From Geosiphon pyriformis uo1 (Eukaryota > Fungi > Glomeromycota): a stretch of 64,000 nt of DNA. Below the pieces are notes generated by a model, which did no database searches, was not told the origin of the DNA, and saw only the letters and a program-made list of their open reading frames with translations. The translations under genes and the position numbers were made by a program. Positions 1 to 12,156 of this stretch are shown here, one piece after another (position 1 is the stretch's first letter; each line of letters begins with the position of its first letter). The DNA is taken from positions 928,156 to 992,155 of the forward strand of contig JAAOMT010000523.1 in the NCBI GenBank assembly GCA_016748015.1, read 5' to 3'.

Positions 1-118
1 AACTCACAAATTGAAAAAATAAAGAGTAGGGTGAAACAGATGCTACTTAAAAAAGAAGTATTTGACATAATTCAAAATAAAAATTTCAATAAAGCTCAAT
101 ATTAAAAGAAAGAGATAA
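1..118 (+). pseudogene. 3' tail of ORF3 plus polypurine tract of an LTR retrotransposon extending left of the window
   Basis: Ends ...ttcaataaagctcaatattaa-aagaaagagataa-TG, homologous to the ORF3 end/PPT/LTR junction at 11200-11241. Confidence 0.8.
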
Positions 119-964
119 TGTTACTTATAAAAAAAAACAAATATAGAAAATAGTAGACCAATAGAAGGGTAGTAGTTAGCATGTAAACATATTGCTCAAT
201 AATGTAAAATAATGTTAAAAAATTAGGGTACATTGCTCAGCAATATAAGCATTGCTCAAGAAATTATAGCACATTACTTGGGAATGTAAGTAATCTTGTA
301 GAACATTAATTATGTATATATAACAGTAGCATTAGAAGAAGAAAAGACAGACCTCTCAGTTTAGATTTGATCTAAGCAATCTTCTACATTACAAATATCA
401 ATAAATAATTATTCTATATCTTAAACCCACTTTTTACTATTAACACTTTATGTTGATAGTAATTAATAATTAACTACACTGGAACAATAGCTCTTAATTA
501 TGGCTATTAACAGGATATTAACTTGTAATTGCCTTGGCTTATTTCTTATTTTCTTTATTTTCTTTTATTTTTTTTTGTTATTTCTTTTTGTTTTACTAAA
601 TTGATTAAAGATTAAAACACTGAATTATTGACATCAAGATATAGCACTGGTAAAAGACCCAGGAATAAGGATAAACACTTAGATTTGAGAATAGCTTACC
701 AGAAGATTGCCAGCCACTATGCCAAGAAAAAAATTGACAGAATTGCAATTTCAAAAAGTGATAGACAACAACTACTTAAACCCATAGGTAACACTTAAAA
801 CACCATTAAACAAAAACCACATTAAAATCTCTGTTCATTATACAAAGAACTCAACAAAAACTTTCAGATACAAACAACTTTCAGAAACCAACATCATTAT
901 ATTTATTTAGCACCAAGTTATGAGTTTGTTATTTGCTTTAAGACCCAAATAATCACTTGTAACA
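119..964 (+). repeat. 3' LTR, family A, with a variant U3
   Basis: TGTTAC...TGTAACA termini, preceded by PPT; R/U5 part homologous to 1855-2771. Confidence 0.88.
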
Positions 965-1854
965 GTGCTTTTGATTTTGGCATTTGCTATTCTTCAGATC
1001 TTGTCCTTATTGTGTGGATAACTATCCAAGCAAGAAATTGCTTGGTGCCATGCAACAGTAATCAGTGTGCTATGACTGATCCAGTCACTTATAAGAATTA
1101 TGTACTGGCATGAAGTGTTACACATTCCTTTTCGACCAGAAATGTTATTCTACATTCCTTTGTCGAGTAGCTGTTCTCTACAAGCAAGACATGGTTTGTT
1201 GTCCCACTTGCCTTGTCATTTTGGATAGCTGTACTGCTTTCAGTAACATAGTTTACAATAATAGTGGGTTCATATTTAGTAGTCTTTGTTGGGCATAATC
1301 CAAGCTCCCATGAAAGAAAGTTTTTTGTTACAATTTTGGCATTTAAGTGGAATATATGGTGATTGCTTTAATGACTTGTGTGAGTAGGATCTTTCCCAGC
1401 CACTAGTTATTTTTTTTTTGGTAATATTTTCTTTTAGTGCATCTTCTTTCTTTTCCTTCTTTTTGTCATCTCAAGAAAATACTGATGGCAACTTATTGTG
1501 TTCAATATTAGTCTAAAAAACTTGGTAGGCTTCTCAGGTAGGTTTTTTTTCTTCATTCTTGAATGCAATAAGTGGTGCTGTTGTATTGGTACTAGGTTTA
1601 AAATGACCACAGGTAGCTGATACTTGTATGTATTTATTGCTTTGGCTGAATTGCAGCTTTTGTGTGGTCCAATCAAGCATTGTATTGGTTTTGGATAACC
1701 AATTATTGCTGACAAGTATTTGGTATTGAGTGGCCTCTATCACTAAGACTTTGATGGAGATGATAATATCATTGACTTCAAATGGGAAGTTATCAATTTT
1801 GTCTATAAGAGTTTTGGTCACTTTATTGGCTGTAATGATTTTGGTGCTGACCAT
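965..1854 (-). pseudogene. Internal fragment (protease C-part and Cys-rich domain) of older Gypsy element A0
   Basis: ORF 1534..1854 (IDNFPFEVN..IKVLVIEATQYQ..CGHFKP) and GKWDNKPCLAC..CNTSCQY; continuous in frame with 12161 onward once element A is removed. Confidence 0.88.
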
Positions 1855-2771
1855 TGTTACTCATAGAATATAGAAAGTATATTATTAGCAAATAGATATT
1901 AACCAATCAGAAGTAGACATAGTAAATGTGGAATTCCAGGATTCCTCTTAGAGGAATTGCAAGATTTCAGGAATTTCAGGATTCTCCAGTAAAGAATTGC
2001 AGGATTCCAGAATTCCAGAATTCTTCTCATCAGGAATTGCAGGATTCCAAAAATTTCAGGATTTCTGTCGCAAGAAATTGAAAAATTGAGGAATCTTAAA
2101 TATGTATATATAGCAGTAGTATTAGAAGCAGAAAAAGACATGAAAAATCCTTAGCTTAGTTACCACAATCCTTAAATAAATAATTATTTACTATATCAAA
2201 TTTATTCTTCACTATTAACACTTCATGTTAATAGTAACTGATACTTAATCATACTAAAACAATAGCTCTTAATCACAGCTATTGATGGGATACTAACTTG
2301 TAAATTGTCTTGGCTTATTTCTTATTTTCTCTTTTATCTTTTCTTTATTTTCTTTGTTGTCTACTAACTTGATTAAAGAATTTACTCTTGAAGAACTTAC
2401 AGAGAAATAAAACTTACTTAAACAATACTTACTTTTGGAGGACTTATGGAAGAATAAACTTGCTTAAACAATACTTATTCTTGGAGGACTTATGGAGGAA
2501 CTGACATCAGAAAACAGCACTAATATACACTTAGGGAGGATATTGTACCAGGAGAATCATCAACCATTAAGCTGAGCAAGCAATTAATGAAACTACGGTT
2601 TTAGGAAACTACTGATAAACTGTTATCATTGAATCTCTGTTCATTATACAAAGAACTCAATTAGAAAACCTTCAGATAAAATACCTTCAGATTATCATCA
2701 TTACCAATCATTTTAAGCACTAAGTTATGGGTTTGTTATTCACTCGACACCTTAAAAAATTACCTGTAACA
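1855..2771 (+). repeat. 5' LTR of element A
   Basis: TGTTAC...TGTAACA; direct repeat of 11241-12156; GGAATTCC-type tandem array and TATATA box near 2105. Confidence 0.95.
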
Positions 2772-2773
2772 TT

Positions 2774-2790
2774 TGGTGCTCCCTGTGAGG
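2774..2790 (+). promoter_or_regulatory. tRNA primer-binding site TGGTGCTCCCTGTGAGG
   Basis: Starts with TGG 2 nt after the LTR end; near-identical site at 14686-14702 on the minus strand. Confidence 0.88.
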
Positions 2791-2832
2791 TATAATCCTA
2801 CAGAGAACCAGTGCCAACAACATCATTCAAAT

Positions 2833-5800
2833 GTGGCAGAATCAAAAATTATAGGAGCCAACCACTTATGATTTGCAAAATCCTTGTTTCAACAATACAG
2901 TTAACAATTAGAATTAAACAGTAATCACTACCCAGTCAAATCAGCCTTCAACTATTATATCAACAATAAAATCACAGACTGTTTAGGAGGAACCGTTAAT
3001 ATCAAATCAGCAAGAGAAAATTTTTATACAGAATTATTTCAACACACCAGCTTACCAAGAAATCACAGTTTTGCCCTAATCATTAGAGAATTCAATCAAA
3101 CTATTGAAAAATACACGCAACAACAATTTCCCATTACCTATACAGACAAAGGTAAAAGAAGAATACAAACACCAGCAACAACACCAAAAGAAATACAGTT
3201 ACCTAGTTGGAAAAAACACAGAGTAGAATCACCAACTGTTCCATCATATCACTACACATCTGGAAGCACCATTAATATTTCATCAGCAGATACATCCACA
3301 TCAAATGCGACATCAACATTTAGAAGATTTCAGTTTCAAAGCAAACAACAGAAAGAAGACTTACTAAGACCATACAGCACATATTTTGAAGGATTTAAAT
3401 CACGATCCCCAATACCATCAGGAATTTGATCACCAATATCCCAATCAGATTTTGGAGCCGCTACTCTGTGAGAATTATCAGAAGAAGAAGAGGAAGAAAG
3501 TAAAGATCAAGGATTCACTTACTAAAACCCAATCTCAGAAAACTCAGAATTCAGAACCCCAAACATTTAAACTTCACAAAATCCAAACATAGAAAATCCA
3601 GAAATTGAAACTCCAAATATTAGAACTCAGCAAAATCAAAACAATCAGAACTCTAATTTAATTAATCAGCCAAATGTATCTCCAAATATTGTCATCAATC
3701 ACTGACCAATTGATCCGATAGTCAAACCCATTTAGCAGCCACCTCAACAACCAAATCCACAAATCCAACAGCCACAAGAACCACCTTAGCAACCACCACT
3801 GCAACAACAACCACTACAGTAGCCACAACAACAACTAAACGTAAACCAAATGGCCTATGCACCTATTGCCAAGTTAGAAAACTTTACTGGCAAAAAAGAC
3901 AACACTCAAGCATGGATTAATGACGTCTCCAAGGCCATTATAGCAAACAATTGGGACAATGCCAGAGACCTACAGGCAATCTCATACTTTCTCAAAGAAA
4001 CTGCTGACTCTTGGTAGCAGAGTTTAGCCACCAGACCACAAACATTTCAACAATTCAAAACTGCCTTTCTGAAATATTTTAGCAATAATAACAGTATTAA
4101 TTGTCTAGCCAATACTTTCACCACAATCAAACAGAATAATACTGAAACAGTCACAACATATTTAGAATGCTTTCATAGAATCCTATACCAAATTCAAGCC
4201 ATTGATACTGTGTATTTCACAGAACCCCAGATCCTCAACCAGTTTATTCGTGGCCTGTACAGTAGTATTTTGCAATATGTACACCCATTACATCCAGCCA
4301 ACTTTCAAGCCGCAGTCACACATGCCAGAGATTTCAAATCAGCTGAGCTAAAAGCCAATCATGCTCAAGCTGTAAATTTAGTAATGAATGGATCATCTGA
4401 TTTGAATTCCACATTGAAGCAAATCAGTAATACTATCAATCAGAAAATAGAGGAATACTTAGCTGATAATAGCACAATTTATCAACCTCCTCAATGGCAT
4501 AACAATCAGAGAAATGCAAATTGTTTCCAAAATCAGTCACATCTAACATCATCATCCAATCAGCAGTGGCAGCCAGAGATGTATGTCTGCCACAACTGTG
4601 GTAAACAAGGCCACATAAGAGCCAACTGCAATGCTTATAACTGACAATCAGAAAATCAACATTAAAACACTGATTACCAATTCCAAATCCTGAATCAATA
4701 TCAAAATCAAGAGCAAAATCAAAACACTTACCTGCCAATAATGCAGCAGCCGATTTATTAAGCACCAGTATATCAGATCCTAGTTTATTAACTGCAGCCA
4801 CCAGCAATATATCAACTGCAGCCACAAGTAATCTATTAACCTCCAACCATTCAAACACCACCCCAAAACTTACCTCAACATGGAATCCAAAGACCAAGAA
4901 TGACACAACAAAACTGGAGATCAGCAATGGTTGTCTATCAACTAATCCCCAGTTCCTCTAACTTACCATCAGGATCACATTCTCAGAATTTGGGTACCAA
5001 TGCCACCCAAAACCTGAATTTTCAGAACTATTTAAGTCTCCTGGTTATCCCAGAAGATGCCACACCCAGCAACCCGGAAACCAACCCAATTCAAAAACTT
5101 ACCAGCAACATACTACCAGCAACGGTCACCAAAAATAAAACATTAGCAGCCATCTTCCTGTTTGAGTTCGAGAAAACCACTCCAGTCCTATTATTAGTGG
5201 AGCCGCCCTTGAAAAAAAACCCATTACAGCAATGTATACTAATGCCAAAGTAGATGGCCACTTCATCAAATTGATCCTAGACAGCAGTTCAGCAGGCAGC
5301 ATTATCACATAACAACTCATGGACTAATTAGATTGCTGAGTTGATCATGCTGCTAGTGCTCATATAATTATTGCTAATGGAGCAACCAAAACTCCAATTG
5401 GCAAAATCGATGATTTCCTATTCGAAATTAATGGCATTATAATACCCATTAAAGTCTTGGTAATGGAAGCCACACAATACTAGGCTCTCATGAACAATGA
5501 TTGGTTGTTGAAAACCCATGTTACCTTCGATTGGACCACTCAAAAACTACAATTAATCTTTGGTGGTCAGCATACTCAAACACCAGCCACTTGTGGTCAC
5601 TTTAAGCCAAGCAATGCCCAACCACTCATTGAGTTCAAAGAAAAAACAAGGAAACCTATCTGGGAAGCCTACCAAGTCTCGTGGACTGACCAAGACCATA
5701 ACAAATTGCCACTAGTACCTTCTTGGAACAGCAATGTCAAAGGAAAGCAAAAAGAAACAGAACTTATCTGGACTTTTGACCAAGCTTGGGAAACAAAAAA

Positions 5801-8800
5801 TGACTACAACAAACTGGCCGATTGGGAATGGGAAAAGGAAGATAATGGAAAGGGAAAAGGGAAAAAAACCATACTGGAAGAGACCACCAGCACCAGTGAA
5901 ATAACTAATGGCTGGACCAGTTCATACTTAGTCCATAAGCCATTATCACAACTGCCATATATTCCACTCAAATGCAAAGACTGTAGAAAAAAACTTTCTT
6001 CTATGAGAGCATAGATTGCGCCAGATAAAGACCACTGGACACAAACCCATTACTATTGTAAGCCATGTCATAAAGAATGCTATGACTACCCAAAGAAACA
6101 GAGCAAATGGGACAATGAACTATGTTTCACTTGTGGCAAACAACTGCTCGACAAAGAAATGTGGAATGACATTCCTGGTCGAGGAGGAACGTGTGACACT
6201 TTGTGTCAATACACAATCTTCATTAGTGACTGGGTGAGTCATGGTACTCCGATTACAGCAGCATGGCACCGAGCACTCAATTGTTTAGACAGTTACACTC
6301 ATGATGAAGAGGAGATCTGGCGAATGGCCAACACCAAAGTAGAAGGTGCTACACCCAGTGAAATACTGGAAATTAAAAACAATTTCCCAGAACTGGTCAA
6401 TATCATTCATATTTCTAACTCAGATGCTTTTATAGACAAAGAAACAGGTCCAGAAAACTTCCACGAATACTACCAAAATTTAGCACCTACAAGAGAAGAG
6501 CAGAAGCAGTATTTAAAATAAGTAAACACCCAATTATGTGACTACTGTTTGATTCCCTGTGACTTTCAATATTGTAATGAATGTGACCTCATTTACAATC
6601 CACTACCATGCATGATCTACACAATTCTGAAGGAAATCAAACCAATCAGCAGCTGGGCATCCAAATCGGAATTACCATTCAATCCTGATTCAAACTCTGA
6701 CAATGATGATGATGAAAACACCAGTTCCAGTTCCATTCAAATTGGCGATAACAACAATGACAATTCCAACTCAGATTCAAACTCCAACCCAAAATATGAA
6801 CAATACATTGCACTGCCAAACCTTTCCAAAAAACAGAAATTAAAATGATATAGTGACAATAATGAAGGTATTATGTCCGAACACATGCATAATACTGATG
6901 CCAGGTTTGATCTGAGGTATTCATGAAAAAATGCCATCAAATTGGAACCACATTTGTGCACTTGCATTGATCTAAAAATAGCATTAGAAATCCCAGCAAC
7001 AACAATGGTTCAACTAGCATCTAAGAGTAGTTTAGTAAAAAGAGGGATTAATATAAGAAAAGGAATAATTGATGCAGGATATATAAGAAATATTATTGCT
7101 ATGCTACAAAATGACTCTGAAAAGACCTATATCATAGAGCCAAATGAAAAGATAGCACAGACAATATTCCTGTCTCTGGTAAAAATGGTGCAGTTAGTAT
7201 CAGTGGGAAATAGGGAGGAATTAAGGATAACAGCAAAAGGAATACAGAGATTTGGATTAATGGATAGAATAGATATACCTGTCAATATGGCAGAAGAAGA
7301 AATTGTTGACCAAGGAGAAATTATCTCAACAAATCAAGCAATTTCCATTCTACCATATGGCCAGTACATGGTAGAAATAAAGTGGAAAGTAAAAAAACAG
7401 AATCAGATTTTTGAAACAGAACCAACTCTTTGTAAATCAGAAAAGATTAGACTTATCAATCTCCATATACCAGCCAAAGATTACAGCCACATTAAAATTC
7501 CCATCTATAATAACACAGGAAATATCATAGTAATACCAGCCAGAACCATCATTGAATACTTAAGCACTGAAATAGAGGATTAACCACCAAGCACCATTCT
7601 GGACTTTTCACAGCTTTGTGAATATGTCAATATCACATCACAAACAATATATGAACAAAGCGAATGTTATTTGTTTCAATCAGAGCAATTGGAACAAATG
7701 AACATGAGAAACTTAGATTCACTCCAATGTATGCAGCTCAAGATGTTGCTCAACAATTTCAATAACATCTTTGCCAGTGAAAACAAGTTTGGCCGAACTG
7801 ATATTATCCAGCATCAGATTAAGACTGAAGATACAATGCCAATTAAACAAAGAACATACAAAGTACCACCAGCTAGCCATGAAATCATTTATCAAGAGAT
7901 AAACTGAATGCTTAACAACAGGCTAATTCAATCATCAATGAGCCCATGGTCATTACCAGTGGTACTCATCCAGAAAAAGAATGGAAAAATCCAATTTTGT
8001 GTGAACTACAGGAAACTCAATGGTGTAACTCGTGGAGACAGCTATTCAACCCCAAGAATACAAAAATTGTTTGACACTTTCAGCAGAAACAAGTGGTTCT
8101 CAACATTAGACTTAAACAGTAGTTACTGGCAAGTAGTCATAGATCCAGCTGACAAGAAGAAAACAGCATTCACCACTAGAAAAAGGAATTTTGAATTTGA
8201 AGTAATGCCTTTCAGCTTAACTAATGCCCCAGCCATATTTTAATGACTAATGGAAATTGTTTATACTGGCTTATTGTAAAAATTAGTAGTTGTATATTTG
8301 GACAACACCAATGTATTCTCAAAAACATTTGATAATCATCTTCATCATTTTTAACAAGTGTTCAAAAGACTAAGAAGAGCAGAACTAAAGTTAAATGCAA
8401 CAAAGTGCTTTTTCGGCAAGACAGAACTAAAATTTTTGGGACACATAGTCAGCAAAGATGGCATTAAAACAGATCCAGAAAAAATAGAGATAGTAAAGAA
8501 CTTTCCAGTACCAACTAATGTAACTGAATTGAAATCATTCTTGGAATTCACAAGCTATTATCGACGCTTTATAAAGAACTTTTTAAAGATAGTTCAACCA
8601 CTTAATAATCTACAAACCAAAAATACAAAATATAAATAAACAGAAAGTCAACAAGAAGCTTTTGATATTCTGAAAAAAAAGCTCATTCAAGCTTTAGTAC
8701 TGATCTACCCAGATTACAACAAACCATTTATCATTACTACCAATGTATTAGGCCAAGCATTGGGAGCAGTACTATCTCAAAAGAGACCAGACAACAGAAA

Positions 8801-9098
8801 ACATCCAGTAGCATATGCCAGCTGAGGTCTAACACCAGCCAAAAAGAACTATGGAACATCAGAACTAGAACATTTAGCAATCTATTGGGCAGTCATAAAG
8901 TGGAATGAATACTTGAGCCAAAAGTTTGATATATACACAGATCATAAAGAGTTAACATTACTTCAAAAGCAAGAATTTGATGATGGCCGCTAATCCAGAT
9001 GGAAAATGGCACTCTTATGATATACTTATACTATACACTATAAAAAAGAAAAAGACAACAGAAATGCTAATGGTTTGTCGTAAATAAGACAAATCTAA
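2833..9098 (+). pseudogene. Gag-protease-Cys-rich-dUTPase-RT-RNase H polyprotein of element A (many stops, a frameshift near 5190)
   Basis: CCHC CHNCGKQGHIRANC; protease LILDSSSAGS; dUTPase DARFDL..GIIDAGY..EKIAQ; RT SPWS..FCVNYRKLN..LDLNSSYWQ..VMPF..YLDN; RH ending RQI-TAA at 9096-9098. Confidence 0.92.
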
Positions 9099-9160
9099 GA
9101 ACATTTCAACCCAAAAATATAACAAAACCAAAACAATACCAATGAAAAATATAACAAAAG

Positions 9161-10543
9161 ATAAACATACAAAAATATTAACAACTACAACATTATATAA
9201 ACACTCAACAGTTCAAGGAAAATTTATCTCAAACAGAACAAAAGAGTATCAAACAACAATCAAAATATTTTATCACTTACCAAAATATACTTTATTGGAA
9301 AAATAGAAGGGATCCAGATCAACCAACCAGAGTAATTACAGAGCCAGAAAAAGAGACAATATTATTTAACATGTACTTAAATCCAACAGCAGGACACTTT
9401 CACAAAGAAGCAATTATGGAAAAAACCAGAAAAAGATACTATTGGCCATCAATATATCCAGACATCATCCAATATGTTCAAAATTATGATGCTTATCAAT
9501 GAAGAAAAAGAACAAGACCCAGTGAACCATTAAGACCAATCAAAGTGGGACAACTATTCGACCATATTGGAATTGATTTAGTCAAACTATTAACAATCAC
9601 CAGCAAAGGAAACAGATACATAGCAGTAGCCATGGACTATCTTACTAAATGGCCAGAGGTGAAAGCAATTCAAAGAGCAAATGCAAAATCCGTTGCCAAA
9701 TTCATCTATTAGGATTTGATTTGTCAACATGGATGTTCAAAAGATTTATTATCAGACCAAGGAACACATTTTGTGAACAGAACATTAACAGAATTGAGCC
9801 AAAAATTCGGAATTAAGAGACTATTATCATCACTATACCATTCACAAACCAACAGATTAGTTGAAAGATTCAACAGAACATTGTGTGAAGCAATAGCTAA
9901 GCTCAGCCAAGAAAACCAGAATGATTGGAATTTGTTGATACCATCAGTACTATTTGCTTATTGAACAATGAAGCAAGATACTACACAAACAACACCATTT
10001 GAATTAGTATATGGTAGAACAGCAACACTACCAGTGGAAATAGAAGTCAGCACATATCCAACCGAACCAATAACAGAAGAAAATTTCAAAAACACATTGT
10101 TAAGAAAAACATATGACTTAATAGAAACATTAGAAAACAAACAATGGAGAGCAGCTGATAACATACAAAGGTCACAAGAAAAACAAAAAGAAAGACATGA
10201 TAACCAATTACCAGATAAACCAGTTGAACTCAAGATTAAAGACAAAATACAACTACATTATACCAAAGCAGAAAAACAATGGAGTGGAAAATTTGACCCC
10301 AAATGGGACGGACCATTTCACATAGAAGAAATTCTAGGAAATGGAGCTTACAAATTAAGATTGATTAACAAAATTTTGACCAAAGCAGCACATGGAGATT
10401 GATTAAAACCATATCACCATATAGCATCATCATCTACCAGTAATATTCTACAACTAGGAGTACAGAGAATATTAGTTCAACTAGATAAAATTTTACGAGA
10501 TCTGGAACCAATCATCATCATTAATAACAACACACCCAATTGA
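9161..10543 (+). pseudogene. Stand-alone integrase ORF of element A (zinc finger, DDE core, GPF motif; start mutated ATG>ATA)
   Basis: One frame from (M)NIQKY through SDQGTHF, VERFNRTL, WDGPF to LEPIIII..TGA; different frame from RT-RH. Confidence 0.9.
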
Positions 10544-10567
10544 TCAACAGAAAGAATATATAAAGAC

Positions 10568-11227
10568 ATGGTTGATGTGACAGAAAAATGCAGAAAAATA
10601 GAAATTACCAACAACATCTATTCATTAACACAACAAATCTTTCAATTAATCTAACATCAGGAGATGGAAATTACAATCAATCAACAAATTATTTGATACA
10701 AAAGTACTGCAAGGATACCACAACACAAAGTACAGAGAAGACTCAAAAATGTTGTTGACAAGATCATGACCAAGGTAAAATTGGCCATGAAAAAACAATG
10801 AATAGTCGGATTATACCAAGAACTTACTGGAGAAACTTGGACTTGGTGGATGCAACAATTTCCAAAAAACTATTGTCATTTTCACTTGGGACAACACATA
10901 AATATCCAGAATTTGTACACCAACAAAACAAAACAGTTATTCGACACAACAATACTGAGACAACTAGAACAATTTGTAAGAAAAAACAATCTAACCACAC
11001 AAGCTCGAGCCATTTACTGGCTATATATGGGATTTTAAGACCAACCAGAAATCTTACTCAACACAGCAATGGATACAGTTATGAGTAATCAATTGGGAAA
11101 AATGACCAATGCCCAATTTGAAGAACTACAAACTCAAATAACACAAGTAATACTCGAAAAAGAAGTTCAAAAAATAATTCAAGAAGAGGAATTAAAAGAG
11201 TTAGATTTCAATGGAGCTCAATATTAA
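10568..11227 (+). pseudogene. ORF3 of element A, unknown ~219-aa protein
   Basis: ATG 10568 to TAA 11227 in one frame with transition-type stops; homologues in elements B, C, D, E. Confidence 0.85.
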
Positions 11228-11238
11228 AAGGAGAGAAT
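11226..11238 (+). promoter_or_regulatory. Polypurine tract
   Basis: AAAAGGAGAGAA just upstream of the 3' LTR. Confidence 0.85.
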
Positions 11239-11240
11239 AA

Positions 11241-12156
11241 TGTTACTCATAGAATATAAGAAGTATATTATTAGCAAATAGATATTAGCCAATTAGAAGT
11301 AGACATAGTAAATGTGGAATTCCAGAATTTCTTTCAGAGAAATTGCAGGATTCCAGAAATTTCAGAATTCTTTGGTGAGGAATTGCAGGATTCCAGAATT
11401 TCAGGATTTCTCTCATCAGAAATTGCAGAATTCCAAGAATTCCAGGATTCCTGTTACAAGGAATTGAAAAATTGAAGAATCTCAAATATGTATATATAGC
11501 AGTAGTATTAGAAGCAGAAAAAGACATGAAGAATTCTTAGCTTAGTTACCACAATCCTTAAATAAATAATTATTTACTATATCAAATTCATTCTTCACTA
11601 TTAATACTTTATGTTGATAGTAACTGATACTTAACCATACTGAAACAATAGCTCTTAATCACAGCTATTGATGGGATACTAACTTGTAAATCACCTTGGC
11701 TTATTTCTTATTTTCTCTTTTATCTTTTCTTTATTTTTTTGTTGTCTACTAACTTGATTAAAGGATTTACTCTTGGAGGACTTACGAAGGAATAAAACTT
11801 ACTTAAACAATATTTACTCTTGGAGAACTTATGGAAGAATAAACTTGCTTAAACAATACTTATTCTTGGAGGACTTACGGAGGAACTGACATTAGGAAAC
11901 AGCACTGGTATACACTTAGGGAGAATATCATACCAGAAGAATCATCAACCATCAAGCTGAGCAAGCAATCGATGAAACTACAGTTTCAAGAAACTACTAA
12001 TAAACTGCTACCATTGAATTTCTGTCCATTATACAAAGAACTCAATTAGAAAACCTTCAGATAAAATACCTTCAGATTATCATTGTCACCAATTGCTTTA
12101 AGTACCAAGTTATGGGTTTGTTATTCACTCGACACCCCAAAGAATCACTTGTAATA
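11241..12156 (+). repeat. 3' LTR of element A
   Basis: Direct repeat of 1855-2771; terminal CA mutated to TA. Confidence 0.95.

Larger units (their letters stand above)
1855..12156 (+). mobile_element. Full-length degenerate Ty3/Gypsy-like LTR retrotransposon (element A)
   Basis: Paired 917/916-bp LTRs, PBS, PPT, gag-PR-dUTPase-RT-RH, separate integrase, ORF3; 4-bp TSD CCAT at 1851-1854 and 12157-12160. Confidence 0.95.

Noticed and set aside
1899-2141. ORF MSFSASNTT.. repeated at 11285-11527
   Set aside because: Antisense reading of the LTR tandem array; repeated only because the LTR is repeated.
2833-9098. Alternative genetic code or programmed readthrough explaining in-frame stops
   Set aside because: Stops differ between copies and map to Trp/Gln/Arg codons hit by transitions; host genes use standard stops.
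10568-11227. ORF3 as an envelope gene
   Set aside because: Too short; no signal peptide, furin site or transmembrane anchor visible.
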